Shown here piece by piece: positions 10,075-20,462 of a DNA stretch of 23,681 nucleotides. The stretch is from Chiloscyllium plagiosum (lineage: Eukaryota). The position numbers were made by a program, and so were the translations under genes. The first letter of the stretch is position 1, and each line of letters starts with the position of its first letter. The stretch is taken from assembly GCF_004010195.1 (NCBI RefSeq), contig NC_057753.1:10602832-10626512 (forward strand), in the 5' to 3' direction. The notes under the pieces were generated by a model that did no database searches, was not told the origin of the DNA, and worked only from the letters and a program-made list of their open reading frames with translations.

Positions 10075-10800
10075 AATGGTGCCCTCACCAAGATGGCCGC
10101 CCGCGCTCCCCGCCCCAACACAACAGGCGCCTGACCCTCACCAAGATGGCGGCCCGTTGCCCGGCCAACACGGGAGCTCCTTCGCCGGTGATGTAAACAT
10201 TGGGGCTGTTGTTGCTTTTATTCGCGGCCTGAGGCCTCCCCCTCGGAGTTTATAAACTCCCCAGTCTCCTTGCCCGGCCAACACGGGAGCTCCTTCGCCG
10301 GTGATGTAAACATTGGGGCTGTTGTTGCTTTTATTCGCGGCCTCAGGCCTCCTCCCCCTCGGAGTTTATAAACTCCCCAGCCTCCCTCCTCCCGCGGGTC
10401 CCAATCCTACCCTGTCTCACTGTCTCCTCTCCCCGGGGGCAGGAGCCAGCTCTTGGCGCTCGGGGCCCGGCGACCTCCCCGGGATGTTCCCGAAACCTGG
10501 TCCTGTTCTGAAGGAGGGTCACCGGACCCGAGACGTTTCCTCGGATTCTCTTGACACATGCAGCCAGGGCTGCTCAGCTTTTCCAGCGGCTCCTGTCCTT
10601 GCTCCTTCAGCCGCCGGCGCCATTCCTCCCCCACACTCAGTCACACTGTCTTTGTCTCACTGCAGCACCCGCACTGCACATGCGCCAACACACAAAGGGC
10701 TCGGTGCACAGCCCGTGACGTCACTGTGTAGCGGGCGTGGGTCGAACTGTCATCCAACCAATCGGAGACAACGGGGGCGGGGCGAATGTGTTCCTCGCCC
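10075..10800 (-). promoter_or_regulatory. CpG-island promoter, putatively driving ZNF-A
   Basis: High CpG density. GC box GGGGCGGGG at 10774-10782, CCAAT at 10758-10762, CRE TGACGTCA at 10716-10723, NRF1-like GCACATGCGC at ~10676-10685 and YY1 AAGATGGCGGC at 10143-10153. Minus-strand donor CAGG|GTAGGA at 10411/10410. Confidence 0.65.
10157..10385 (+). repeat. Near-perfect 2-copy tandem duplication, period 113 bp
   Basis: TTGCCCGGCCAACACGGGAGCTCC...AAACTCCCCAG starts at both 10157 and 10270, with only a few differences. Confidence 0.9.
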
Positions 10801-10819
10801 CAGTCACCTGAATGATGTT

Positions 10820-11077
10820 TTACAGATTACATTACAGTGTGGAAACAGGCCCTTCGGCCCAACAAGTCCACACCGACCCGCAGAACCCATCCATACCCCT
10901 ACATTTACCCCTTACCTAACACTACGGGCAATTTAGCATGGAAACTGGAGCACCCGGAGGAAACCGACGCAGACACGGGGAGAACGGGCAAACTCCACAC
11001 AGTCAGTCGCCTGAGGCGGGAATTGAACCCGGGTCTCTGGCGCTGTGAGGCAGTAGTGCTAACCACTGTGCCACCCA
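10820..11077 (-). mobile_element. HE1-like tRNA-derived SINE with intact 5' end and an internal deletion
   Basis: Minus strand begins GTGGGTGGCACAGTGGTTAG (A box)...GGGTTCAATTCCCG (B box). The body matches the other copies but lacks about 40 bp after TTTAGCATGG. Confidence 0.85.
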
Positions 11078-11089
11078 CATTAATTTTTA

Positions 11090-11815
11090 ACGTAGTTGCA
11101 ATTTCATCAACAGATGCCTAAGGGAAAGACAACGGAACGAGGACATGCCGCAACCCAAAGGACTAGCCACACTACCATACATCAAGAACATCTCTGAAAT
11201 GACAGCCAGACTACTGCGACCACTAGGACTTATAATAGCACACAAACCAACAGCCACTCTCAGACAACAACTCACCAGAACGAAGGACCCGATACCCAGC
11301 ATGAGCAAAACAAATGTAGTGTACAAAATCCCATGCAAGGACTGCACAAAACACTACATAGGACAAACAGGAAGACAGCTAACGATCCGCATCCACGAAC
11401 ATCAACTAGCCACGAAACGACACGACCAGCTATCCTTAGTAGCCACACACGCAGACGACAAGCAACATGAATTTGACTGGGACAACATTACCATTACAGG
11501 GCAAGCGAAACAAAGAACAGCCAGGGAATTCCTAGAAGCATGGCACTCATCCACAAACTCCATCAACAAACACATCGACCTGGACCCAATATACCGGCCA
11601 CTACAGCGGACAGCTGAAACTGACAACCGGAAGCGGCAGGGACAGGCCACTATAAATGCCGGAGGAAACACCACAGAAGCGCTTCACAGGAGGCTCCCAA
11701 GCACTGAGGATGTCACCTAGACAGGGGACGAAACGTTTGCAACAACAACTTCCAGCTCGGCGAAAAGAACCACAGCAACGAGCACCCGAGCTACAAATCT
11801 TCTCACAAACTTTGA
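11090..11815 (+). mobile_element. 5'-truncated Penelope-like element with an open GIY-YIG endonuclease frame (11145-11720)
   Basis: LPYIKNISE...VVYKIPCKDCTKHYIGQTGR.L..RIHEH...H.FDW...R..LEAW is the PLE GIY-YIG signature. A hammerhead motif follows. Confidence 0.92.
11701..11740 (+). ncRNA. Minimal type-I hammerhead ribozyme motif, core intact
   Basis: GCA-CTGAGGA-T-GTCACCT-AGAC-AGGGGAC-GAAAC-GTT-TGC. It has the CUGANGA core, stem II with one mismatch, GAAA, a palindromic ACGT stem III, a GUU triplet and a 3-bp stem I. Confidence 0.75.
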
Positions 11816-11899
11816 ACTTTTTCAGTCTTTTCCGAAATGTTATTCCAGACCTCTGGAAGGCTCAAACATTGGAAAACTTTCAAACATAAACAAAGGGAT

Positions 11900-12668
11900 A
11901 CTAAAAAATGAATAAAGGTAACTTACAAAAGAAACCTAGCAGTAAATATCAAAAAACTTCTGTTGGTATGCTAAAGGGAACAGAATCGATAAGTGTTGGT
12001 CCCTTGGAAGATGAAATCGGTGAGTTAATAGGGGGAACACTGAAATGGCAGAGATGCTAAGTCAATACCTTTCCTCAGTTTCCAAGTTGGAGGACAATAG
12101 TACCATTCCTATTGGAACAGGCAAGAGAAACGGTAGAACTTAAACAATCAACGTCTATAGGGAAGGTACACAGCAAACTATTACGATTGAGGGCAGACAT
12201 ATTCCCTGGGCCTACATCCCAGGGTATTATATGGACTTCAGTAAGGCATTTGACAAAATTCCCCAAGGGAGACTGGTTAGCAAGGTTAGATATCATGGAA
12301 TACAGGGAGAACTAGCCATTTGGATACAGAACTGGCTCAAAGGTAAAAGCTGGAGAGTGGTGGAGGAGGGTTGCTTTTCAGACTAGCCGCCTGTAACCAG
12401 TAGTGTACGACAAGGATGGGTGCTGGGTCCACTACTTTTCATCATTTATATAAATGATGTGGATATCAATTTGAGAGGATAGTTAGTAAGTTTGCAGATG
12501 ACACCAAAATTGGAGGTGTAGTGGCCAGCGAAGATGGTTAACTCAAAGGACAACAGGACCTTTATCAGATGGGCCAAAGGGCTGCGGAGTGGCAGATGGA
12601 GTTCAATTTAGATAAATATGAGGTGCAGTATTTCGGAAAAGCAAATCAGAGGAGGACTTATACACTTG
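11900..12668 (+). mobile_element. CR1-type LINE ORF2 fragment(s) including the RT core
   Basis: DFSKAFDK.P, WIQNWL, QG.VLGPLLF.IYIND and SKFADDTKIGG motifs appear in the degenerate translation of 12230-12520. Confidence 0.88.
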
Positions 12669-12849
12669 ATACTACCAGCCTCCACCACTTCCTTTGGCAG
12701 CTTGTTCCACACATGTTCCATACCTTCTGTGTGAAAATGTTGCTAATCAAGTTCCTTTTAAATCTTTCCACTCTCACCTCAACCTTATGATCTCTCGTGC
12801 TTTAAGGTTTACCGGCAGTAAGTGTGCTGAGCAGGGAGCCCAGTGAAGG

Positions 12850-13070
12850 GTTTAGGTGGGTTTTGTTTTAATCTGCTCATTTCTTTCAGCCATCAACAGT
12901 ATAGTTTCAACGTTGTGAGTCAGAAGGAGTGTGAATCGGTAACTGACAGTGTGAGAAGCCTTATGATTTTCAGTATTGCAGGTATTGCATTGTTTCATCA
13001 GTATTGTAAAGTTGACTGGTAGCAGCAGGAGGTGCGGGCTGTATTCACTAGAAACGATGAAGCAGTTAGT
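12850..13070 (+). repeat. Diverged copy of the ZNF-unit downstream flank
   Basis: CTGCTCATTTCTTTCAGC...ATTGTAAAGTTGACTGG...GGGCTGTATTCACTAGAAACGAT aligns with 21820-22020 (+) and 5682-5880 (-). Confidence 0.75.
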
Positions 13071-13259
13071 TAACACACATACGAGAGGGCAGAGTAGGGT
13101 TTGTCTATTGATTTTCAGAAGGTAGGTGGTTCTGGGTGCTGTGTTCCAGGGCAAACACAACTGCAATATATCATAGAAGCCCTACATCATGGAAGCAGGC
13201 CATTCGGCCCATCACGTCCATGTTGACCCCTCCGAAGAGCATGCCACCAGCCCACATCT

Positions 13260-14015
13260 CCCACCCTACCAAGTCATTTCTGCTTGTGGGTTAGACTAGG
13301 ACGAGTGGACGTGGCTTTGTTATTAGGGGAAGTAGATTTAGGACAGAGATGAGGAGGAACTGTTTATCCCGGAGAGTCATGAATCTATGGAATTCTCTAC
13401 CCAAGGAAGCAGTAGAGGCAACTTCATTAAGTAAGCTCAAGACACCGTTAGATGGGCATTTGCATGCTACGGGAATTAAGAGTAGTCAGGATAATGCAGG
13501 TAGGAGGAGCTGAGACAATGGATAGATCAGCCACGATCTTAATGATTGGCAGAGCAGCCTGGATGGGCCAAATGGCCTTCTCCTGCTTCAATTACTACAA
13601 ATAGAGAACCCTGTATTTCCCATTGGCTAACCCAGCAAACCTGCACAACCCTGGACGCTGTGGGCAATTTAACATGGCCAAGTCAATCAAGGCAGATGAA
13701 TAATTTAGTGATGTAGAAAATGAATATCAGAGAATGATAGAAAGGCACAAGGAAAATAAATCAACCTGCAATCAACACTGGATTCAAAAGATCACAAAAA
13801 TTGAAGCGAAAAACAATGACCGAATGCATGCTGTACTACAACAAAAGTGAGTGAATTGACTGCACACATTGAAGAGAATAATTATAATTTGAGACTCCTC
13901 ACAGATACATGGCTTCAGGATGAGAAGGACTGGATCCTGAATATCGGGGGGGGGGGTAGTCAAATGGGAACCTAAGTAAAAGTAGAGGGTTGCCACTGCT
14001 AATCAAAGCACTGAT
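13260..14015 (+). repeat. Composite TE block (SINE fragment, CR1 3' end, CR1 endonuclease start), duplicated at 16619-17345
   Basis: Colinear with 16619-17345 across several TE junctions. Both copies end in CTGCTAATCAAAGCACTGAT. Confidence 0.8.
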
Positions 14016-14449
14016 TAGTCTGGCGTCAGGTGAGATTTCAGGTCCTGATCTCCCTGTTCCCCCAGAGTTAGATGTCATCTGTTCTCAGCTCTGCTGGGTT
14101 TCTGTTGAAGCTTTGACCCCCTTTTACACCTTCTGGAACAATGAAACATTCAGTCGATCAAGGCCCAATCCACAATCTCCGAGCCTGTCAACCATGCAGA
14201 CAAAGAGTGTCATCATAGCAGCAAATAAAACAAGAAAAATGAAACAGTATTAAAAATCAGTAGGTGCTAGTACTTAATGATTGTTCATTCAGCAGTAAAC
14301 CAGAAATAGTGGTCTCCTAGGATTCTCATAGTTGTTTCTTGAGGAATTTTCCCTCCCTTACATCTAACTATTAGTACCCAGCTATGACTTATAACAATAT
14401 TTACATAATCAGAAACGAAGCATATTTTATCAAATAAACAGGTACCAGC

Positions 14450-15335
14450 ACAGAAATAGACTTTTTGATCCAACACATCCATGCTGACAAGCTATCCAGT
14501 ATAAATCCATTTCCATTTGCCAGCATTTGGTCCACATCACTCCAAACCCTTCCTATTCACATACTCACCCAGATGTTTTTTAAATGTTATCATTGCACCA
14601 GCCTCCACCACTTCCTCTGGCAGCTCATTTCCATACACGCACCGCCCTCTGTGTGAAAAAGTTGCCCCTTTGGTCCTTTTAAAATATTTCCCCTCTCTCC
14701 TGAAACCCATGCCCTCTGGTTCTGGACTTCACCACCCTGGGGAAAAGAGCTTTCCCATTTAGCCCATCCATGCCCTTCAGGATTATATAAACATCGATAA
14801 GATCACTCCTCAGCCTCTGATGCTCCAAGGAAAACAGTCCCATCCTATTCAGCCTCTCCTTTTACCACAATTCCTCCAACCCTGGTGACATCCTTATCAA
14901 TCTTTTCTGCATCCTTTCAAGTTTCACAACATCCTTCCTATCCTGTAGCAGGGAGACCAGAATCGAATGCACTATTCCAAAAGTGGCCTTACCAATGTCG
15001 TGTACAGCCACAACATGACCTTTCAACAACTGTACTCAATGCTCTGAGCAATAAAGCCAAGTGTACAAACTATCTTTACAATCCTGTCTATCTGTGACTC
15101 CACTTCTAAGGAACAATGAATCTGCGATAGTCATACAGTATGGAAACAGACCTTCTGGCCAACCAGTCCATGCCAGCCATAATGTCAAATTAAACTAGTG
15201 TCTCCTGCCTGCTCCTGTATCCCTCCAAGCCTTTCCTATTCATGTACTTATCCAAATATCTTTTAATTGTACCTTCATCCACCACTTCCTCAGGACGTTT
15301 ATTCCACACATGAACCACATGCTGTGTAAAATTAG
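14450..15335 (-). mobile_element. Two adjacent CR1/HER1-type LINE 3' fragments
   Basis: CCAGCCTCCACCACTTCCTCTGGCAGCTCATT, GTGTGAAAAAGTTGCCC and CCAAAAGTGGCCT.ACCAATGTC are reverse-complement CR1 3' sequence. A second tail starts at ~15127. Confidence 0.8.
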
Positions 15336-15459
15336 TATTTGAATGGCAAGGATGAGGTTGAATTGAAATCGTTCATAAAAAAACTGTTTCGACCAAACCC
15401 CCTACAGAAGGTATGGGAGCAACTCCAACTCTGGAGTCTCTCAAATCACTATTTCCATG

Positions 15460-16196
15460 GAGTGGAGGGGAGTGAAGTGTTGGATTCACACAGGAAGAGA
15501 TTGTCTGTGAGCGTGAAGCTAAAATTAAACACCGTGCTTTGTTTGAACTCGAACCGCATTGACTTGGAAGAGAGCGAAGGTTTTGCAAAGTGTCCTCCCC
15601 TCCCCACGTGCCTCAACTGCAGGGCAGCGCAGGCACAGTGCGGGTCCACTGTCCGACCCCCCCCCCGGCTGACGTCACAAAGTGGAAGTGGCCCTGTCAG
15701 TTTCAGAGTGAAGCTCCCTCTCTCTGGGCAACGTTTGGGAGCAAAGCAATGTCTCCCCCTTTCCATTATTCGTTCTGGAAGGGAGGGGAGGAGGTGGGGT
15801 AGAGGCAACTTGTAGCAACTGGGGTGAATCCAGGGAGGGAGCAGACTCTGCCAATGTGCTCAGGTGCTCTCTGTCCCTCTCAAAGGTATTTTCATTGTGT
15901 ATCCCCTCAGTTTGGCACGTATACAGTTTGCACCCTAGAAAAGGATTGCTCCTTTCCTCCTGTTCACAATTAAAAATGTAGTTTATCATGGAACTCAGCA
16001 GCTTTTAAGGGATTGGAACGTTGATATAAAATGTAGACGTATTTTGCTTCATATGGTGTCTATCTGACATTGCTGGCTGTTGTAAAAGCTTCTTTGCAAT
16101 TATTCTTCATCTTCTAATGTAGTAAAGGACTTACGTCATGGATTTCTGATCTTTATTTTATTTAATAGGACAGCAGGAAGTCATTCAGCACCTTTA
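15460..16196 (+). repeat. Upstream part of duplication copy B, including a decayed promoter-like segment
   Basis: Reverse complement of ~7790-8490. Contains CRE TGACGTCA at 15670-15677, ETS-like GGAAGTG and NRF1-like GCGCAGGCAC. Confidence 0.8.
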
Positions 16197-16610
16197 GAAC
16201 ATTGAACAATACAGCACAGAACAGGCCCTTCGGCCCATGATGTTGTGCCGAACATTTGTCCTAGCTTAAGCACCCATCCATGTACCTATCCAATTGCCGC
16301 TTAAAGGTCGCCAATGATTCTGACTCTGCCACTCCCACAGGCAGCGCATTCCATGCCCCCACCACTCTTTGGGTAAAGAACCTACCCCTGCCATCCCCCT
16401 ATACCTTCCACCCTTCACCTTAAATTTATGTCTCCTTGTAACACTCTGTTGTACCCGCGGAAAAAGTCTCTGACTGTCTAATCTATCTATTCCCCGATCA
16501 TCTTATAAACCTCTTTCAAGTCACTCCTCATCCTTCGCCATTCCAATGAGAAAAGGCCTAGCACTTTCAACCTATCCTCATACGACCTAGTCTCCATTCC
16601 AGGCAACATC
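16197..16610 (-). mobile_element. CR1 LINE 3' end
   Basis: Tail TAGAACATTGAACAATACAGCACAGAACAGGCCCTTCGGCCC, followed by the reverse-complement ORF2 terminus (GCAGCGCATTCCATGCCCCCACCACTCTTTGGGTAAAGAA). Confidence 0.85.
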
Positions 16611-16618
16611 TTACAGAT

Positions 16619-17345
16619 CCACCCTACCCATTCCAGCTATTTCTGCTGGTGGGTGAGACCAGGATATGGGGTATAGGCCTCAAGATTGGGGGAGTAGATT
16701 TGGACAGAGATGAGGAGGAACTGCTTTTCCTGGAGAGTAGTAAATCTTTGGAATTCTCTGCCCAAGGAAGCAGTAGAGACAACTTCGTTAAGTATATTCA
16801 AGACACAGTTGGATGAGGTTTTTGCATGGTAGGGGAATTAAGGGTAGTCTGGATAATGCAGGTATGACGAGCTGAGACAATGAATCAATCAGCCATGATC
16901 TTAATGTACGGCAGAGCAGGTTCAATGGGCCAAATAGCCTACTCCTATTACTGTGAACTCTAACCCTGCATTTCCCATGGCTAACCTGTATATGCCCGGA
17001 CACAATGGGCAGTTTAGCATGGCCAATCGGAATGGAGGCCGGTAAGCGATGTAGTGATGTGGAAAATGAATGTCAGGAAACGATAGGGACAAGGAGGATA
17101 AATGTACCGGCAATCGAAGCTGGATTGAAACGATCATTTAAAAAAAAACTAAAATCTCAGTATCTGAATATGTGCTGCATTTTAACAAAACTGAATGATT
17201 TGATTGCATACATTGAATTATGATCTGAGACTCCTTACAGGATGACAAGGATTGGATCCTGAATATCGAGGGGGTACGTGCCATTCAAGTCGAATAGGAA
17301 GCTAGGTAAAGGTAGAGAGTTGGCACTGCTAATCAAAGCACTGAT
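16619..17345 (+). repeat. Second copy of the composite TE block at 13260-14015
   Basis: Colinear alignment by eye across the same TE junctions. Confidence 0.8.
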
Positions 17346-17354
17346 AACATGGTG

Positions 17355-17710
17355 GTATTGCCCTCTCACCCTAAACTAATGCCCCCTGGTTTTGGACTAC
17401 CCCCCCCCCCCAAACCTGGGGAAAAGACCTTGCCTATTTCCCCTATCCGTCCCACTCATGATTTTATAAATCTCTTCACGTCTACCCTCTGCCTCTGATG
17501 GCCAAGGGACAACAGCCCCATCCTATTCAGTCTCGCCTTATACCACAAACGTCCAACCCTGGCGACTTCCTTATCAATCTTTTCAAGTTTTACGATATCT
17601 TTCCTATCCGGTAGGAGGGTGACCAGAATCGAATGCAATATTCCAAAAGTGGCCGAACCAATATCCTGCACAGCTGCAACATGACCTCCCAACTCCTACA
17701 CTCAATGCAT
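17355..17710 (-). mobile_element. CR1-type LINE 3' fragment
   Basis: Similar to 14700-15040 (GGGGAAAAGAC, CCCATCCTATTCAG, GACCAGAATCGAATGCA.TATTCCAAAAGTGGCC). Confidence 0.75.
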
Positions 17711-18004
17711 TCAATGGGCCAAGTGGCCTCTTTCTGCACTGCAGAGGTTTTATGATTTTAATTGATGTAAAATGTCGACTTATGTAAAATATAAATTGCT
17801 TCATATGATGTAGGTTGCTGTATTTCTTGTCATTGATTTTATTTAAAAAGGTCAGCATTCAGCAACTTTACCAGCTTTCTTTTCTCAAGTAGCCTTGAGA
17901 AAAGTAATGGACCCAACGCCGATCCTTATGGTGCACACTGGTCACAGGCCTCCAGTCTAAAAAGCACCCTTCCACCGCCACCCTCTGTCTTCTACCTTTG
18001 AGCC

Positions 18005-18741
18005 AGAACTTGCAGAACTATTTTTGCAGATACATTTAATTTTGCTCGAAGTGCACAATCTGCAGGCAGTCAATCCATTAATATTTTATAAATTCCTACT
18101 TTGGAAGTAGAACCAGTCTGACTCAACATTAGGAGAGAGACAGGCTCTAACCTCACACCTTTAATACATCGCCTGAGCTGAAATGTCATCTTCAAGTTAC
18201 GTCGAGAACGTTACCTTTAAGTAGTTCTGGGATTTACATATTAATGAACCAAAACCCACAACCCATTCTAAAAGATGAAAGATGTAACAGCAATCTAGAT
18301 TTGTTCAATTCAGTTGTCTGACATTAATTTTTTGCTACAAATTCTATGTCTTGTGATCCTGCTCCACAGCTACCTGATGAAGGAGCAGCCCTCCGAAAGC
18401 TAGTGCTCCCAAATAACACCAGGTTATATTCCAACACATTTGTATGATTTTTAACTTTGTTGCTCGTGAACACAGCCCACACCTCCCGCTGATGCCAGTA
18501 ACCTTTACAATGCTGATGAAATGATGCAAAGATGAAAAACTTAAGTTTTAATTTTAATCCTGTGTCTTACGATCCTGCTCCACAGCTACCCAATGAAGGA
18601 GCAATGCTCCAAAACCTAGTGCTTCCAAATAAACCTGTTGAACCATAACCTGATGTTGTGTGACTTTTAATCTTTGTTTCTCGGGAATATAACCCACACC
18701 TTCTGCCGCTGCCAGTAAACCTTACAATGCTGATGAAACAA
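18005..18741 (+). mobile_element. Penelope-related pLTR-like repeat plus flank, partly tandem-duplicated
   Basis: 18200-18530 aligns with 5411-5750. 18555-18741 repeats 18340-18525. Confidence 0.7.
18371..18405 (+). ncRNA. Minimal type-I hammerhead ribozyme motif, core intact
   Basis: TAC-CTGATGA-A-GGAG-CAGCC-CTCC-GAAAG-CTA-GTG. It has CUGAUGA, a 4-bp stem II, GAAA, a palindromic AGCT stem III and a CUA triplet. Confidence 0.7.
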
Positions 18742-19356
18742 NNNNNNNNNNNNNNNNNNNNNNNNNNNNNNNNNNNNNNNNNNNNNNNNNNNNNNNNNNN
18801 NNNNNNNNNNNNNNNNNNNNNNNNNNNNNNNNNNNNNNNNNNNNNNNNNNNNNNNNNNNNNNNNNNNNNNNNNNNNNNNNNNNNNNNNNNNNNNNNNNNN
18901 NNNNNNNNNNNNNNNNNNNNNNNNNNNNNNNNNNNNNNNNNNNNNNNNNNNNNNNNNNNNNNNNNNNNNNNNNNNNNNNNNNNNNNNNNNNNNNNNNNNN
19001 NNNNNNNNNNNNNNNNNNNNNNNNNNNNNNNNNNNNNNNNNNNNNNNNNNNNNNNNNNNNNNNNNNNNNNNNNNNNNNNNNNNNNNNNNNNNNNNNNNNN
19101 NNNNNNNNNNNNNNNNNNNNNNNNNNNNNNNNNNNNNNNNNNNNNNNNNNNNNNNNNNNNNNNNNNNNNNNNNNNNNNNNNNNNNNNNNNNNNNNNNNNN
19201 NNNNNNNNNNNNNNNNNNNNNNNNNNNNNNNNNNNNNNNNNNNNNNNNNNNNNNNNNNNNNNNNNNNNNNNNNNNNNNNNNNNNNNNNNNNNNNNNNNNN
19301 NNNNNNNNNNNNNNNNNNNNNNNNNNNNNNNNNNNNNNNNNNNNNNNNNNNNNNNN
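18742..19356. other. Assembly gap (N run)
   Basis: Run of N bases. Confidence 1.
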
Positions 19357-19898
19357 TTGAAGTATACACACTTGAACCCATCTCTGTGTCCGCAAGTATT
19401 TCCAGTCAGTGCTACCCTCTCCACAGCCTCCCTACATTCTTGGACATCCTGAAAAACAGCTAACCTACTTGCTGGACTCTTACATCGGTTCCCATCCCCC
19501 TGCCAAATTAGTTTAAATCCCCCCGAAGAGTGCTAGCAAACCTACCTCCCAAGATATTGGTGCTGTTCTGGTTCAGGTGCAACCCGTCCTGCTTGGACAG
19601 ATCCCACCTTCCCCAGAATGCAGTCCAATTGTACAAATACCTGAAGCCCTCCCTCCTACACCATCCTTGCAGCCACATGTTCAACTGCACTCCCTCCCTA
19701 TTCCTTGCCTCACTGTCACGTGGCACCGGCAACAACCCAGAGATGACGACTCTGTCCGTCCTAGCTTTTAGCTTCCAGCCTAACTCCCTGAGGTCCTGAA
19801 TGACCTCCCTATCCCTCTTCCTACCTATGTCATTGGTGCCAATGTGCACCACGACTTCTGGCTGCACACCTTCCCCCTGAAGGATTCTGAAGTCACGG
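19357..19898 (-). mobile_element. CR1 LINE: C-terminal part of ORF1 (SGNH/GDSL esterase-like) and start of ORF2 endonuclease
   Basis: VVVHIGTNDIGR...VVISGLLP...DGLHLN motifs of CR1 ORF1 esterase, stop at 19508. ...FKCVYF(N), the APE N-terminal motif, then runs into the gap. Confidence 0.9.
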
Positions 19899-20462
19899 TT
19901 TACTGGTTTTCTTTTCTCAAGCAGCCTTGACATTTCATTTTCATATCCTTGTTTCAACCCTATTTCTAACACTTTTGTAGGCAGCTTGTTACAGGTCATT
20001 GTCACTTAAGTGTGTATAGAGGAAAATGTTTTAAGGCTAGCTGGCTGCATGAGGGTTTTCAGGTTTCTGTGTCCTGGATAATATTTGATCAGGCATCTGG
20101 GAATCTATAGGAATTGCTACCTATGTTATGTTTATTTAACTGTACTGACAGTGGTCACTTTTGTTAATTTATTTTTGCAGGAAGACATGTGGAAAGAAAT
20201 CTGAAAGCAAATGAGACATCAACTTCTGACGGAGCTACTTGATTCATTGCTTTTTTCTGCTTGAGATATTTTGGACATTGGTGTGGCAGGAAGAATACTG
20301 TGCCACCCAAGTGAGGGAGATTCAGTGCACTGACTGTTGACAGTGCTTCACACCATTTACTCAGCTTGGGGATCAAAATCTCACTCCTTGTGGTGGGGAG
20401 AGACTGTGTATACATTCTGTTTGTAATTTCAAACCCAGAGCGACACAAGGAAAGCTCCCACC

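Noticed and set aside
10313..10936. 207-aa ORF with a signal-peptide-like start
   Set aside because: It starts at a non-ATG codon, runs through a stop-poor GC-rich island and ends inside a SINE. No domain is recognisable.
14020..14150. Possible minus-strand exon after the acceptor-like TTTCATTGTTCCAG
   Set aside because: All three frames hit stops shortly after the acceptor and I found no supporting donor or homology.
15339..15815. ORFs of 119-158 aa with similarity to ORFs at 7962-8597
   Set aside because: The similarity reflects the DNA duplication. Frames and stops are not preserved between copies and no domain is recognisable.
18567..19452. Long ORFs of 219-285 aa
   Set aside because: They are artefacts of translating through the N gap.
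19508..20005. 165-aa ORF as a host esterase gene
   Set aside because: It is chimeric. The first ~35 codons are antisense ZNF-flank DNA (homologous to 7690-7790) fused by chance to a 5'-truncated CR1 ORF1 esterase domain.
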